From Glycocaulis sp. (GTDB lineage Bacteria > Pseudomonadota > Alphaproteobacteria > Caulobacterales > Maricaulaceae): a stretch of DNA of 64,000 nucleotides. The stretch lies in assembly GCF_022565665.1 (NCBI RefSeq), contig NZ_JAIUMI010000013.1. The stretch is one strand, 5' to 3'. Both the position numbers and the translations under genes were made by a program. Position 1 is the first letter of the stretch; each line of letters starts with the position of its first letter. A model generated the notes under the pieces. It ran no database searches, was not told where the DNA came from, and worked only from the letters and a program-made list of their open reading frames with translations. Below are positions 19,194 to 30,402 of this stretch, piece by piece.

Positions 19194-20606
19194 ATGATCC
19201 CGGTCCACGCCTACAAGGGACGCCGCGTGGCGGTGTTCGGCCTTGGCCGCACCGGGATTGCAGCTGCGCGCGCGCTGGCCGCCGGCGGGGCTCAAGTTTC
19301 GGCCTGGGATGACAATGAGGCTGCGCGCGAAGCGGCCATCAAGGCCGGGCTGGAGCTGGACGATCTCAACCGGCGTGACTGGGGCGATATGGCCGCTCTG
19401 GTACTCTCACCCGGCATACCGCTGACCCACCCGGCACCGCACCGCATGGTGGGTCTGGCGCAGGCGGTCGGTGCGCCGGTGATCGGGGATATGGAGCTGT
19501 TCGCGCAGGCCATCGCCGATGTGCCGGGCGTGACCGTGATCGGCATTACCGGCACGAACGGCAAATCCACCACCACGGCCCTGATCGGCCATATCCTCAA
19601 AGCTGCGGGCAAGGACGTGCATGTGGGCGGCAATATCGGCGAGGCAGTGCTGACCCTGGCTCCGCCCCGGCCCGGCGCTGTCTATGTGCTGGAGCTTTCC
19701 TCCTACCAGCTTGATCTTACCCATTCGCTGCGCTGCCAGATTGCGCTCTTCCTCAATCTGACGCCCGACCATATCGACCGTCATGGCGATATGGAGGGTT
19801 ATCTGGCTGCCAAGACACGCATCTTTGCCAATCAGGCCCCTGACGATCTGGCCATTGTCGGCGTTGATGACACGCCGAGCGCCGGCCTGTGTACCCGGCT
19901 CAAAGCCGAACACGGCCGCAAGGTGATCCCGGTCTCCAGCCAGCGCCTTGTTGGCTATGGCGTCTATGCACTGGCCGGAAAACTCTATGACGATACCGGC
20001 GGCGGTGGCGCACGCATGGTGATGGATCTGGCCCGCGCGCCCGCCTTGCCCGGCCAGCACAATGCCCAGAACGCCGCTGCGGCCTATGCGGCCGTGCGCC
20101 AGCTTGGCATCAGCGTTACGGACGCGGTGGCCGGGATTGCCAGCTTTCCGGGCCTGCCCCACCGTCAGGAACGCGTTGGCGAGGCCGGCTCGCTGCTCTT
20201 CATCAACGATTCCAAGGCGACCAATGCCGAAGCCGCCGCGCAGGCGCTTGGTTGCTATCACGACATTTTCTGGATCGCGGGCGGTCAGGCCAAGAAGGGC
20301 GGGATTGAGAGCCTCGCTCCCTTCTTCCGGCGTATCCGCAAGGCTTATCTGATCGGGCAGGATGCAGGGCTGTTGCAAAAGCAGCTCGGCCGCTCGGTGG
20401 ACAGCGAAATCTCCGGCACGCTGGAAACCGCCCTGCAGCATGCCGCCGCCGATGCGGCAGACAGCGGGCTGCGACGCCCTGTCGTGCTGCTTTCACCGGC
20501 CTGTGCCTCGTTTGACCAGTTCAAGAGCTATGAGCATCGCGGCGACGTGTTCCGTCAGGCGGTCAAGGATCTCCTGAAACGCGCCATGGAGGGCAGTGCG
20601 GCATGA
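19194..20606 (+). CDS. murD: UDP-N-acetylmuramoylalanine--D-glutamate ligase
   Basis: ITGTNGKSTT, Mur ligase fold, position in cluster. Confidence 0.93.
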   Translation: MIPVHAYKGRRVAVFGLGRTGIAAARALAAGGAQVSAWDDNEAAREAAIKAGLELDDLNRRDWGDMAALVLSPGIPLTHPAPHRMVGLAQAVGAPVIGDMELFAQAIADVPGVTVIGITGTNGKSTTTALIGHILKAAGKDVHVGGNIGEAVLTLAPPRPGAVYVLELSSYQLDLTHSLRCQIALFLNLTPDHIDRHGDMEGYLAAKTRIFANQAPDDLAIVGVDDTPSAGLCTRLKAEHGRKVIPVSSQRLVGYGVYALAGKLYDDTGGGGARMVMDLARAPALPGQHNAQNAAAAYAAVRQLGISVTDAVAGIASFPGLPHRQERVGEAGSLLFINDSKATNAEAAAQALGCYHDIFWIAGGQAKKGGIESLAPFFRRIRKAYLIGQDAGLLQKQLGRSVDSEISGTLETALQHAAADAADSGLRRPVVLLSPACASFDQFKSYEHRGDVFRQAVKDLLKRAMEGSAA

Positions 20607-21751
20607 GGCAGACAGGGCGCTTCTCCCCTTCGCGGGTATGGCATGGTCTGGACCAGACCCTGCTCTTTACGCTGGCCGGGCTGATTGTAGTCGGACTGAC
20701 GCTCTCGCTGGCGGCCAGCCCTGCTGCGGCTGAGCGCCTGCGTCTGGCTGACCCGTTCTATTTCGTCTACCGGCATATCTTCTTCGTCACCCTGTCGGTC
20801 GTCGTGCTGATGGTGATGGCCGCGCTTTCGCCGCGCGGCGTACGCCGGTTTGCCGGGCTGGCGCTGGTGTTCAGCATTCTTGCGCTCATTGCCGTGCCCT
20901 TCATCGGATATGAGGTGAACGGCGCGGCGCGCTGGCTGCGTCTTGGCGGCTTCTCCTTCCAGCCCTCCGAACTGTTCAAGCCGGCCTTCATCGTCATCGC
21001 CGCCTGGCTGTTCTCCGAAGAGAGCAAGGGTGCGCCGGTGCCCGGCCGGCTCATCGCCGTGGGGCTCTATCTCGTGGGCGTCGGCTTTCTCATCACCCAG
21101 CCTGATTTTGGCCAAACCCTGCTCCTGACGGTGATCTTCGGGGCGATGCTGTGGGCGGCAGGCCTGTCCTGGCTGCACACGCTGGCGCTGGGATCGCTCG
21201 CCGCTGGCGGGGCGGCAGGGGCGTATTTCATGCTGGGCCATGTGCGTGACCGGATCGCGGCCTTCCTGGCTCCGTCCGGCGGGCCCGGCCCGACCCAGAC
21301 CGACATGGCCGTCAACGCCATCAGCCGCGGCGGGTTCACCGGCGTGGGGCCGGGTGAGGGCGAGGTGAAGCGCTATCTGCCCGAGGCCCATACCGATTTC
21401 GTCTTCTCGGTGGCTGCTGAAGAGTTCGGCCTGATGGCTTCGCTCGCTATAATCGGCCTGTTCGCGATCCTGTTTGCGCGCGCCTGGATGAACGCCATGC
21501 GCCTGTCGGACCATTTCGCCCAGCTCGCCACCGCGGGCCTCGCGATGATGTTTGGCGGACAGGCCCTCATCAACATCCTCGTCAATCTGGAGCTGGCCCC
21601 GGCCAAGGGCATGACCCTGCCGCTCATCTCCTATGGCGGCTCGTCCATGCTGACGCTGGCCTTTGCGGCAGGGCTGCTGCTGGCGCTGACCAAACGTACG
21701 CCGGGAGCCTATCTGCCGCGCGCGGCAGGCGGGGCCACGGTGCGGGCATGA
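20603..21751 (+). CDS. ftsW: SEDS-family peptidoglycan glycosyltransferase FtsW
   Basis: Polytopic SEDS protein with PSELFKPAFIV motif. ATGA overlap with murD. Confidence 0.92.
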   Translation: MRQTGRFSPSRVWHGLDQTLLFTLAGLIVVGLTLSLAASPAAAERLRLADPFYFVYRHIFFVTLSVVVLMVMAALSPRGVRRFAGLALVFSILALIAVPFIGYEVNGAARWLRLGGFSFQPSELFKPAFIVIAAWLFSEESKGAPVPGRLIAVGLYLVGVGFLITQPDFGQTLLLTVIFGAMLWAAGLSWLHTLALGSLAAGGAAGAYFMLGHVRDRIAAFLAPSGGPGPTQTDMAVNAISRGGFTGVGPGEGEVKRYLPEAHTDFVFSVAAEEFGLMASLAIIGLFAILFARAWMNAMRLSDHFAQLATAGLAMMFGGQALINILVNLELAPAKGMTLPLISYGGSSMLTLAFAAGLLLALTKRTPGAYLPRAAGGATVRA

Positions 21752-22836
21752 GCCGGCCGCGCCTTCTCATCGCCGCGGGCGGCACGGGCGGGCATATCTT
21801 CCCGGCGCGCGCGGTCGCCGAGACGCTGGTGCAGGCGGGCTGGCAGATCCGCCTCGTCACCGATGCGCGGGGCTTACGCCATGCCCACGGCTTTCCCGGC
21901 GAGGGCGTGGACCGGATCGAGGCGGCCACCCCGCTGGTGAAGAACCCGGTGCGGGCCGCCGCGAACGTGATGACCGTGATGCAGGGGTTTGGCGGTGCCG
22001 GGCGGATCATCTCGGATTTCAGGCCCGACGTGATCGCAGGCTTTGGCGGCTATCCGGCTTTCCCCGCGCTCGCTCATGCCCGCCTGAAATCCATTCCCTA
22101 TCTCATCCATGAGCAGAATGCGGTGCTCGGCCGGGTGAACCGCCTTTTTGCGAAGAAGGCCTTTGCCGTTGCCTCCGGCTTTGACCGGCTGGACCGCCTG
22201 CCGAGAAGTGCCCGGCATGAGGTGACCGGCAATCCGGTGCGTGCGGCGGTGCTGGCGGGCGGGATCCAGGCTTATGAACCGCCTGCCGCCGATGGTCCGG
22301 TCCGCCTGCTTGTCATTGGCGGCTCGCTGGGTGCGCGCATACTGTCCGACGGTGTTCCGCGCGCGGTGGCGGCCCTGCCCGAAGCTCTGCGCAACCGGCT
22401 TGAAGTGACCCAGCAGGCCCGCGCCGAGCAGATCGAGGCCGCGCGCACCCTCTACGCAGACGCAGGCGTGAAGGCCCATTGCGAGCCCTTCTTTGAGGAT
22501 ATGGGGCCGCTCTACCGGCAGGCGCACCTGGTGATTTCGCGCTCGGGTGCGTCCAGCGTTTCGGAGATTGCCGCTCTGGGCCGGCCGGCGCTTCTCGTAC
22601 CGCTGGAAATCGCCATGGACGATCATCAGCGCGCCAATGCCGAAGGGCTGGTGGCCGCAGGCGCCGCGCAGATTGTTACCGAAGCCGAGATTGCTGCGAA
22701 CGCGCTGCCAGCGCGGCTTGAATCCCTGCTCGGTGATGGTGAAGTTCTCGCCTCCATGGCCGGAGCCGCCCTGCAGGCTGGCAAGCCTGACGCGCATCTG
22801 CGTCTGGCATCGCTCCTGCAATCGGCTTTAGGCTGA
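21748..22836 (+). CDS. murG: undecaprenyldiphospho-muramoylpentapeptide beta-N-acetylglucosaminyltransferase
   Basis: [11 protein letters not shown]-terminal motif. ATGA overlap with ftsW. Confidence 0.94.
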   Translation: MSRPRLLIAAGGTGGHIFPARAVAETLVQAGWQIRLVTDARGLRHAHGFPGEGVDRIEAATPLVKNPVRAAANVMTVMQGFGGAGRIISDFRPDVIAGFGGYPAFPALAHARLKSIPYLIHEQNAVLGRVNRLFAKKAFAVASGFDRLDRLPRSARHEVTGNPVRAAVLAGGIQAYEPPAADGPVRLLVIGGSLGARILSDGVPRAVAALPEALRNRLEVTQQARAEQIEAARTLYADAGVKAHCEPFFEDMGPLYRQAHLVISRSGASSVSEIAALGRPALLVPLEIAMDDHQRANAEGLVAAGAAQIVTEAEIAANALPARLESLLGDGEVLASMAGAALQAGKPDAHLRLASLLQSALG

Positions 22837-22862
22837 CCCGACATAATTCAAGGATTGCATGG

Positions 22863-24272
22863 ATGGCTCCGATCGACCTGCGCGCCGCAACCGGCCCGGT
22901 ACATTTTGTGGGTATTGGCGGGATCGGGATGAGCGGCATTGCCGAGGTAATGCTCAATCTGGGCTACCGGGTCACCGGGTCGGACATCAAGGACAGTGCC
23001 AATGTGGAGCGCCTGCGGGCAAAGGGCGCGGTGATCCATATCGGGCACCGCGGGGAGAATGTGGATGGGGCGGGCGCGCTCGTTGTCTCCTCTGCCGTCA
23101 AGCGCGACAATCCCGAACTCGTGGCCGCGCGTGCTAGGCGCATTCCGGTCGCGCGCCGGGCGGAGATGCTCGCCGAGCTGATGCGCCTGAAATACGCCGT
23201 CGCGGTGGGCGGTACGCACGGCAAGACCACCACTACCTCGCTAATCGCCGCGCTGATGGATGCAGCCGGGTTTGACCCCACCGTCATCAATGGGGGCATC
23301 ATTTCGGCCTATGGCTCGAACGCCAAGATGGGCGAAGGCGAGTGGATGGTGGTGGAGGCCGATGAGAGCGATGGCTCCTTCCTGAAGCTGCGCGGCACGG
23401 TCGCGCTCATCTCCAATATCGACCCGGAACACATGGAGCATTACGGCGATTTCGATGCGCTGCGCGATGCCTTCGCCCAGTTTGTCGAGAACCTGCCCTT
23501 TTACGGGTTTGCCGCGCTGTGCACCGATCACCCCGAGGTGCAGGCGCTGGCCGCGCGCATCGAGGACCGGCGTATCATCACCTATGGCTTCAACCCGCAG
23601 GCCGACGTGCGCTGTGTGAACCTGCGTACCAGCCCGGAAGGGGCCGTGTTCGACATTGCCTTCCAGCCGCCCGGCGGTGAGCGCGTGGTCTGGAAAGACA
23701 TCTCCCTGCCCATGATGGGCGAGCACAATGTCCAGAACACAACAGGCGCAGTCGCCATCGCGCAGGCGCTGGGGGCAAGCGAGGAGTCCGCGCGCAAGGC
23801 CCTGGCCGGGTTTGCGGGCGTGAAGCGCCGCTTCACCATCACCGGCACAGCCAAGGGCGTCACGGTGGTCGATGATTATGGCCACCACCCGGTGGAGATC
23901 GCTGCGGTACTGAAAGCCGCGCGCCAGCGGGCGGGGGACGACAAGGTGATCGCGGTCGTACAGCCGCACCGCTATACCCGCCTCAATGACCTATTCGAGG
24001 AATTCTGCACCTGCTTCAACGATGCTGACAGCGTGCTGGTGACGCAGGTGTATTCCGCCGGTGAAAGCCCGATCGAGGGCGCCGATCAGGACTCGCTCAT
24101 TGCCGGCCTCACCGCGCACGGCCACCGGGATGCGACGGCTACCTCGCGCGAAACACTCGCCGACGATATCAAGCCGCGCGCCAAGTCCGGTGATCTCGTC
24201 GTCTGCCTCGGCGCAGGCGATATCACGGTGTGGGCGGCGGAGCTTCCGGGACGTCTGGAGCAGGTGTTGTGA
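22863..24272 (+). CDS. murC: UDP-N-acetylmuramate--L-alanine ligase
   Basis: [23 protein letters not shown]. Confidence 0.94.
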   Translation: MAPIDLRAATGPVHFVGIGGIGMSGIAEVMLNLGYRVTGSDIKDSANVERLRAKGAVIHIGHRGENVDGAGALVVSSAVKRDNPELVAARARRIPVARRAEMLAELMRLKYAVAVGGTHGKTTTTSLIAALMDAAGFDPTVINGGIISAYGSNAKMGEGEWMVVEADESDGSFLKLRGTVALISNIDPEHMEHYGDFDALRDAFAQFVENLPFYGFAALCTDHPEVQALAARIEDRRIITYGFNPQADVRCVNLRTSPEGAVFDIAFQPPGGERVVWKDISLPMMGEHNVQNTTGAVAIAQALGASEESARKALAGFAGVKRRFTITGTAKGVTVVDDYGHHPVEIAAVLKAARQRAGDDKVIAVVQPHRYTRLNDLFEEFCTCFNDADSVLVTQVYSAGESPIEGADQDSLIAGLTAHGHRDATATSRETLADDIKPRAKSGDLVVCLGAGDITVWAAELPGRLEQVL

Positions 24273-25204
24273 CCTTCCCCTCACTCCTCCCGCAACTGCC
24301 CGAAGTGCGCGGGCAGTACATAGAAAACGCGCCTCTGTCGGACATTACATGGCTGCGCGTGGGCGGGCCGGCGCAGGTGCTCTACCTGCCCGCAGACGAG
24401 GCCGATCTGGCCCGCTTTCTGGCTGAGACCCACGAGGAGATACCTGTCCATGTGCTGGGCGCAGGCTCGAACACGCTTGTCAGGGATGGCGGCGTGCCGG
24501 GCGTAGTGATCCGCCTGACGCCAGCTTTTGCGCGTACCGAGGTGCTGGAGGGCAACCGCATCCGCATCGGTGCCGCCCTGCTCGACAAGATGGCCGCCAA
24601 GGCCGCCGCGAAGGCCGGTATTGCAGGGCTGGAATTCTATGTCGGCGTACCGGGCACTATCGGCGGAGCGATCCGCATGAATGCGGGCTGCTATGGCAGC
24701 GAGACAAAGGATGTGCTGGTCGAGGCCATCGCTCTGGACCGGCGGGGACGCCGCCTGATCGTCAAACCCGACGAGCTGGGCCATGCCTACAGGCACTGCT
24801 CTGCGCCCGAAGACTGGATCTTCACCGAAGCGGTGTTTGAAGGCCGGGCCGATGCACCAGCCGCCATTCTGGAGCGCATGGACGCGATCAGCGAGAAGCG
24901 GGCTGCCACCCAGCCCATCCGCGAAAAAACCTCCGGCTCCACCTTCAAGAACCCGGACCAGACCGCCAGTAAGGGCCGGTCTGCCTGGCAGCTGGTGGAG
25001 GCCGTGGGCGGACGCGGACGGCGCAAGGGCGGCGCGCGCTTTTCCGAGATGCACGCCAATTTCCTTATCAATGATGGCAGCGCCAGCGCAGCTGATCTTG
25101 AAGGTCTCGTCGAGGACATCCGCGCCGAGATCGCCGCGCGTGAGGGCGTGGACATGCACTGGGAGGTCAAGCGTATCGGCCTGCCTGAAAGAGAGACGCC
25201 ATGA
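24269..25204 (+). CDS. murB: UDP-N-acetylenolpyruvoylglucosamine reductase
   Basis: WLRVGGPA and GSTFKNP motifs. Start set to GTG 24269 (GTGA overlap with the murC stop, as at other junctions). The track ORF extends to GTG 24230. Confidence 0.88.
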   Translation: MTFPSLLPQLPEVRGQYIENAPLSDITWLRVGGPAQVLYLPADEADLARFLAETHEEIPVHVLGAGSNTLVRDGGVPGVVIRLTPAFARTEVLEGNRIRIGAALLDKMAAKAAAKAGIAGLEFYVGVPGTIGGAIRMNAGCYGSETKDVLVEAIALDRRGRRLIVKPDELGHAYRHCSAPEDWIFTEAVFEGRADAPAAILERMDAISEKRAATQPIREKTSGSTFKNPDQTASKGRSAWQLVEAVGGRGRRKGGARFSEMHANFLINDGSASAADLEGLVEDIRAEIAAREGVDMHWEVKRIGLPERETP

Positions 25205-26118
25205 GCAAGCGTATCGCCCTTCTGCTGGGGGGACTCAGCCCCGAACGCGAAGTATCGCTGGTCTCGGGCCGCGAATGCGCCAAGGGGCTGCGCGCCAGGG
25301 GCCATGAGGTGCATGAGATTGATCCTGCCGAACCCTTCTGGGTCGAAAAGATCAAGGAGCTGAAACCCGACCTTGCCTTCAATGCACTCCATGGCCTGTG
25401 GGGCGAGGATGGGCGGATACAGGGCGTGCTGGAGTACTTGCGCATCCCCTACACCCATTCCGGCGTGCTGGCCTCGGCTCTGGCCATGGACAAGCAGAAG
25501 ACCAAGGCGGTGTTGCGCCTTGCGGGCCTGAACTGTCCTGACGGGCTGATCGCCAGCCGGTTTGATGCCGCGCGCGAGCACCTCATGCCCGCGCCCTATG
25601 TGGCCAAGCCCAATGATCAGGGCTCGTCAGTGGGGGTGCTGATCGTGCGCGAAGGGGCGAACCGTCCTCCTGCGGAGCTGGCCGCTGACAGCTGGCCCTA
25701 TGGCGATGAAATCCTCATCGAAAAATTCATTCCCGGCCGGGAGCTGACCGTCGCCGTGATGGGGGACCGCGCGCTGACTGTCACCGAGATCATGCCGAAG
25801 ACGGCCTTTTATGACTATGAGGCGAAGTACGCCGACGGTGGTTCGGTGCATCAGCTGCCCGCCGATATCCCGCAAAACGTGTTCGACGAGGCCATGGAAG
25901 CGGCCGTCACGGCTCATCGTGAGCTCGGTTGCCGGGGGCTGACCCGGTCCGATTTCCGCTGGGATGAGGGCGGGGACGGTAAGCTTTGGTTACTCGAAAT
26001 TAATACCCAGCCGGGCATGACTCCCACATCGCTTGCGCCCGAACAGGCTGCGCATTGCGGGATCGGATTTCCCGACCTTGTCGATTGGATAGCGGAGGAC
26101 GCCAGTTGCCAGAGGTGA
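25201..26118 (+). CDS. ddl: D-alanine--D-alanine ligase
   Basis: [29 protein letters not shown] overlap with murB. Confidence 0.94.
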   Translation: MSKRIALLLGGLSPEREVSLVSGRECAKGLRARGHEVHEIDPAEPFWVEKIKELKPDLAFNALHGLWGEDGRIQGVLEYLRIPYTHSGVLASALAMDKQKTKAVLRLAGLNCPDGLIASRFDAAREHLMPAPYVAKPNDQGSSVGVLIVREGANRPPAELAADSWPYGDEILIEKFIPGRELTVAVMGDRALTVTEIMPKTAFYDYEAKYADGGSVHQLPADIPQNVFDEAMEAAVTAHRELGCRGLTRSDFRWDEGGDGKLWLLEINTQPGMTPTSLAPEQAAHCGIGFPDLVDWIAEDASCQR

Positions 26119-27035
26119 GGCGCAATAGAACTGCCCCCACCCGTGCCGGACAATCCGGCGCAACCCGCTCCCGCACCCGCAAATCACCCTCAAAGACCAT
26201 TCCGCCGCGCCGCGTGGTGAACTGGGCGAGCGCCCAGCTGCGCACCGCGCGCTACCGCACGGTCAATGCGCTGCGCCTTGGCGCGCTGGCCGCGCTTCTG
26301 GTTAGCGCCATCGCCCTGGCGGGCCTGGCGGTGACAGGTGGCCTCAGCGGCCTTGGTGACAACATGGCGCGCATGGCCGAGACCCGGCTGACCGAGGCCG
26401 GGTTTGTTGTGCGGGCCGTCGATGTAGCGGGCGGGCGCGATGTCAGCGCTGCCGAGATCGCCACGGTCATTGGCGCGGAGCCGGGCCGGGGTCTTCTGGC
26501 CATCGATCCGGGCGAGGCGCGTGCCGCCATCGAGGCGATGAGCCGGGTGGAGAGCGCCAGCGTGGTGCGCCTGTGGCCGGACCGGATCAGCGTCATCATC
26601 ACCGAACGCGCGCCTTACGCGCTCTGGCAGAGCGGCGGGGTGCATCATGTGGTGGACCGCAATGGCGTGGTGCTGGACGGCGAGAGTGCGGGCGACCATG
26701 CGCATCTGCCGCGTGTGGTGGGCGAGGGTGCCAATCTGCATGCTTCCGAAATCGTCACGCTGCTGGCCCGTCAGCCGGAGCTGGCCGCGCTGGTGACCCA
26801 TGCGGTGCGGGTGGGTGAGCGGCGCTGGAATCTACGTCTGAACTCGGGCAGCGATATCCTGTTGCCGGAAAGCAATGTGGCGAGCGCGCTCGCCCTGATC
26901 GCGGCGCTGCATGCTGACCAGCGCCTGCTCGAACTTGATGCTCAGGCCTTTGATCTGCGCGGGGATGGCGAGCTCGTGGTGCGGGCCTGGCCGGAGCGGG
27001 CCGGCGCCAGCGCGCAGCGCGAACGGGGGGCTTGA
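26115..27035 (+). CDS. ftsQ: cell division protein FtsQ
   Basis: Basic cytoplasmic N-terminus, single TM ([19 protein letters not shown]), POTRA-like region. Start set to GTG 26115 (GTGA overlap with ddl); the track ORF starts at 26055. Confidence 0.85.
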   Translation: MRRNRTAPTRAGQSGATRSRTRKSPSKTIPPRRVVNWASAQLRTARYRTVNALRLGALAALLVSAIALAGLAVTGGLSGLGDNMARMAETRLTEAGFVVRAVDVAGGRDVSAAEIATVIGAEPGRGLLAIDPGEARAAIEAMSRVESASVVRLWPDRISVIITERAPYALWQSGGVHHVVDRNGVVLDGESAGDHAHLPRVVGEGANLHASEIVTLLARQPELAALVTHAVRVGERRWNLRLNSGSDILLPESNVASALALIAALHADQRLLELDAQAFDLRGDGELVVRAWPERAGASAQRERGA

Positions 27036-27040
27036 GGGGC

Positions 27041-28363
27041 ATGGGGCTGTTCGGCCTGTTTTCCTCCAGTGGCAATGAAGCAGCTGGTGGCAAGCCCGGC
27101 GTGTTTGCCGCGCTGGAGGTCGGTGCGGCCAAGACCGTCTGTTTCATCGTGAAAACCGAGGCGACGCTGACGGGCACGCGTCCGCGCGTGATCGGCGTCA
27201 GCCATCAGTCCAGCGCCGGCATGCGCGCCGGGGCGGTGGTCGATATCGATGCGGCGGCGGGTGTGATCCGCACAGCGGTGGACAATGCCGAACGCATGGC
27301 CAAGCAGGCGGTCAGCTCGGTCAGCCTTGTCACGACGGCAGGCGCGCCCGCCTCCACGCGGGTGACGGTAGAAGCGCCGGTTCCCGGCCGGCAGGTATCC
27401 GAGCGCGACCGCAACCGGGTATTGGCGGCAGGGCTGCAGCGCTGCGCCGAGCCGGGCCGGGCCATGCTGCACGCCATCCCCGTATCCTGGCGGGTGGACG
27501 AGAACCGGGGCGTGAAGGATCCGCGCGGCATGGCGGGACGCACGCTGGCCGTTGACCTGCACGTGATCTCTGCGGCCGCTGACCCGGTGCGCAATCTGAT
27601 GAACGCGGTGGCCCAGTGCCGCCTCGAGGTGAGCGAGGTGATCGCCGCGCCTTATGCTGCCGGCCTGTCCGTGCTCGCCGAGGACGAGGCGCTGCTGGGC
27701 GCGACCGTCATCGACATGGGCGCCGATACCACCAGCGTCGCCGTTTTCGCCGACGGCGTGCCGGTCCATGTCGATGTGCTGCCGGTGGGCGGAGCGCATG
27801 TCACACGCGATATCGCCCGTGGGCTGACCACGCCGGTCCATGCCGCCGAGCGCATCAAGTCGCTTTACGGCTCTGTGCTGGACAGCCCTGACGATGACCG
27901 CGCCATGATCGAGGCGCCGCCGGTCAGCTCTGATCCTGATGCCGGCATGAACCAGCATCCACGCGCCCTGCTGAACGCCATCATCCGCCCGCGCGCCGAA
28001 GAAATCTTCGAGCTGGTCCGTGACCGGCTGGATGCTGCGGGGATGAGCGCCGTTTCGGGACGCACCCTAGTGCTGACCGGTGGCGCCAGCCAGCTTCCCG
28101 GCCTTACCGAACTGGCAGGGCGCATCCTGACTCGTCAGGCGCGGCTGGGACGCCCGCACCTGCTGGCCGGGCTTGGCGATGCGATGAAGGGGCCGGGCTT
28201 TGCTGCCTCCACCGGTGTGGTCGCCCGCCTCGGAAAGGCCGTGCCCGACATTCTCTCCGGTCCGCCGCGCTTTGTGTCCGAGCAGACGCCGCGCCGCGTG
28301 GCCCGCCCCGCAGGCGAACGCGGCCCGGCCGCGATCTGGCGCTGGTTTGCCGAAAGCTTCTGA
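27041..28363 (+). CDS. ftsA: cell division protein FtsA
   Basis: Actin-fold motifs VIDMGADTTSVAVF and LTGGASQLPGL. ATG at 27041, with an alternative TTG at 27032 overlapping the ftsQ stop. Confidence 0.9.
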   Translation: MGLFGLFSSSGNEAAGGKPGVFAALEVGAAKTVCFIVKTEATLTGTRPRVIGVSHQSSAGMRAGAVVDIDAAAGVIRTAVDNAERMAKQAVSSVSLVTTAGAPASTRVTVEAPVPGRQVSERDRNRVLAAGLQRCAEPGRAMLHAIPVSWRVDENRGVKDPRGMAGRTLAVDLHVISAAADPVRNLMNAVAQCRLEVSEVIAAPYAAGLSVLAEDEALLGATVIDMGADTTSVAVFADGVPVHVDVLPVGGAHVTRDIARGLTTPVHAAERIKSLYGSVLDSPDDDRAMIEAPPVSSDPDAGMNQHPRALLNAIIRPRAEEIFELVRDRLDAAGMSAVSGRTLVLTGGASQLPGLTELAGRILTRQARLGRPHLLAGLGDAMKGPGFAASTGVVARLGKAVPDILSGPPRFVSEQTPRRVARPAGERGPAAIWRWFAESF

Positions 28364-28446
28364 CACGCGGGCCGCGGCACTGACCAGAAGTTCTATTTTT
28401 GTTCTGCAAATCAGGTGCTTAGAAATCGCTAACGCCCGCGCAGCAT

Positions 28447-28462
28447 TTAACGCTCGCTTAAG
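28447..28462 (+). promoter_or_regulatory. CtrA-box-like site TTAA-N7-TTAAG upstream of ftsZ
   Basis: TTAACGCTCGCTTAAG, 67 nt upstream of the ftsZ ATG. One mismatch to TTAA-N7-TTAAC. Motif only. Confidence 0.3.
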
Positions 28463-28528
28463 CAACACCGCTCAAGAGTGAGGGTTGACCGGTATTAACC
28501 CTTTCGCCCGTACGACGGAGCCTGCCCC

Positions 28529-30163
28529 ATGGCATTGAATCTTTCTGTTCCCGAGACCACCGAGCTGAAGCCCCGCATTCTTGTTTTCGGCGTGGGCGGC
28601 GCCGGCGGCAATGCGGTGAACAACATGATCGACGCCAATCTGGAAGGCGTGGATTTCGTTGTCGCCAACACCGATGCGCAGGCGCTCCAGCGTTCGGGAA
28701 CGCAGCATCGCATCCAGATCGGCCATCAGATCACGCAAGGACTTGGCGCCGGTGCCAAGCCCGAAGTGGGCATGCAGGCCGCCGAGGATTCCATTGCCGA
28801 GATCATGGAGTATCTGCAGGGCGCCCACATGGTGTTCATCACCGCCGGGATGGGCGGGGGCACCGGCACCGGCGCGGCGCCCGTGATCGCCCGTGCTGCG
28901 CGCGAGCAGGGAATCCTCACCGTTGGCGTGGTCACCAAGCCCTTCCACTTTGAAGGCTCCAAGCGCATGGCGATCGCCGAGTCCGGCATTGACCGCCTGC
29001 AGGGCCATGTGGACACGCTGATCGTCATCCCGAACCAGAACCTGTTCCGCATCGCGACCGAGAAGACCACGTTTGCCGAAGCCTTCGCGCTGGCCGATCA
29101 GGTGCTCCATTCGGGCGTGCGTGGCATTACCGACCTGATGGTCATGCCGGGCCTGATCAATCTCGACTTTGCCGATGTGCGCACCGTGATGAACGAGATG
29201 GGCAAGGCCATGATGGGCACCGGGGAAGCCTCCGGCGAGAAGCGCTCCATCGAGGCGGCCCACGCCGCCATCAACAATCCGCTGCTTGATGATGTGTCGA
29301 TGAAGGGCGCGCGCGGCGTGCTGATCAACATCACCGGCGGCATGGACATGACGCTGTACGAGGTGGATGAAGCCGCCAACGAGATCCGCAACGAGGTCGA
29401 TCCGGACGCCAACATCATTGTCGGCTCCACTTTCGACGAAGGTCTGAACGGCACAATCCGCGTGTCGGTTGTCGCGACCGGTATTGATGCTGAATCGATC
29501 CAGGTCGCCGATCCGCGCCGCCGCCCGGAGCCTGCCAGCACGCTGAGCGTGATGAAGCCGCGAGAGATCGTGCGCCCCGCACAGCCGCTGGTGCGCCGCT
29601 TGAATGACGAGCAGGAGGCCGCGCGTGCGCGCCAGCCTGCCGATGGTGGCATCCATGCCAAGGCCGCCGCCTGGCGCGCCGCCCAGCAGCAAACCCCGGC
29701 CACCCAAGAAGAGGCTCCGGCTCCGGTGGCGAGCACTGAGTCCGCCGATATCGTCGAAGACGCTCTGTCCGCGCCGGACGCCTTTACCGGCGGGTATGAG
29801 GCCGAGACTGTTGAGGACGACACCCGCCCTGCCGTGGTGCGTCATCAGGAGCGGCTGGCCCAGGAAGCCGAAAGCCTGCGCCGGGAGCCGGTGCAGGAGC
29901 CCGAGCCCGAGCCCGAGCCCGAGCCGGAAGATCAGCCCCAGGGCGCGCTGCGCAAGGGCCTGTCCCTGTTCGGCCGCCGCGCCAAGCCGCAGCCGGCGCG
30001 CCCCGAAGCGCGTACCGCTCCGCGTCCGCCTGCCCAGCCGGTGCGTCCGCAGGCGCCTTCCGAGCCTGTGCGCCGCGCCGCCCCGGCTGGTGACCTGTTC
30101 GCCGACGAGTTCGACGACGCCGATCTGGATATTCCGGCCTTCCTGCGCCGGCAGGCGAACTAG
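28529..30163 (+). CDS. ftsZ: cell division GTPase FtsZ with about 210-aa disordered C-terminal linker
   Basis: [25 protein letters not shown] (tubulin signature), conserved C-terminal peptide [13 protein letters not shown]. Confidence 0.97.
   Translation: MALNLSVPETTELKPRILVFGVGGAGGNAVNNMIDANLEGVDFVVANTDAQALQRSGTQHRIQIGHQITQGLGAGAKPEVGMQAAEDSIAEIMEYLQGAHMVFITAGMGGGTGTGAAPVIARAAREQGILTVGVVTKPFHFEGSKRMAIAESGIDRLQGHVDTLIVIPNQNLFRIATEKTTFAEAFALADQVLHSGVRGITDLMVMPGLINLDFADVRTVMNEMGKAMMGTGEASGEKRSIEAAHAAINNPLLDDVSMKGARGVLINITGGMDMTLYEVDEAANEIRNEVDPDANIIVGSTFDEGLNGTIRVSVVATGIDAESIQVADPRRRPEPASTLSVMKPREIVRPAQPLVRRLNDEQEAARARQPADGGIHAKAAAWRAAQQQTPATQEEAPAPVASTESADIVEDALSAPDAFTGGYEAETVEDDTRPAVVRHQERLAQEAESLRREPVQEPEPEPEPEPEDQPQGALRKGLSLFGRRAKPQPARPEARTAPRPPAQPVRPQAPSEPVRRAAPAGDLFADEFDDADLDIPAFLRRQAN
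29897..29926 (+). repeat. hexanucleotide tandem repeat (GAGCCC)x4 + GAGCCG encoding (EP)5 inside the ftsZ linker
   Basis: Read directly from the sequence. In frame with ftsZ ([15 protein letters not shown]). Confidence 0.9.
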
Positions 30164-30195
30164 CGCGTCGCAGTTTCATTTTGTGAATGACAGCA

Positions 30196-30228
30196 AGCCC
30201 CGCGCTCCGGCGCGGGGCTTTCCTGTTT
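30196..30228 (+). terminator. rho-independent terminator after ftsZ
   Basis: Perfect 10-bp GC-rich stem AGCCCCGCGC / GCGCGGGGCT, loop TCCG, followed by TTTCCTGTTT. Confidence 0.75.
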
Positions 30229-30402
30229 ACCGGGAACGGCTTCGCCGCCCGTCCCGTTTCGTAACATGGTGCAACAATCGTTTAATTCCGTTGTGGACAA
30301 TGCCTCTCTAGTTTGGCGGCTGAATGAGGGGGTTTTCCGGTTGCGGTGCGGAGGGGTGCCGTCCGGAAAGCTGATTGAAGACACAAGAAAGATATAACTC
30401 AC

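Noticed and set aside
18017-19195. 392-aa ORF antisense to mraY
   Set aside because: mraY has unambiguous motifs on the plus strand. The antisense product is His/Asp/Gly/Arg-rich with no family features.
28472-29845. 457-aa ORF antisense to ftsZ
   Set aside because: ftsZ is certain on the plus strand. The antisense translation is a low-complexity artefact of GC3-rich coding sequence.
29897-29926. Short tandem repeat considered as a CRISPR-like or contingency locus
   Set aside because: It has 6-nt units with no spacers and lies inside ftsZ in frame. It is a coding microsatellite, not a CRISPR array or phase-variation switch.
30292-30300. TGTGGACAA, a reverse-orientation DnaA box with one mismatch, upstream of lpxC
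   Set aside because: 8/9 matches are expected by chance several times per window. No supporting context is present.
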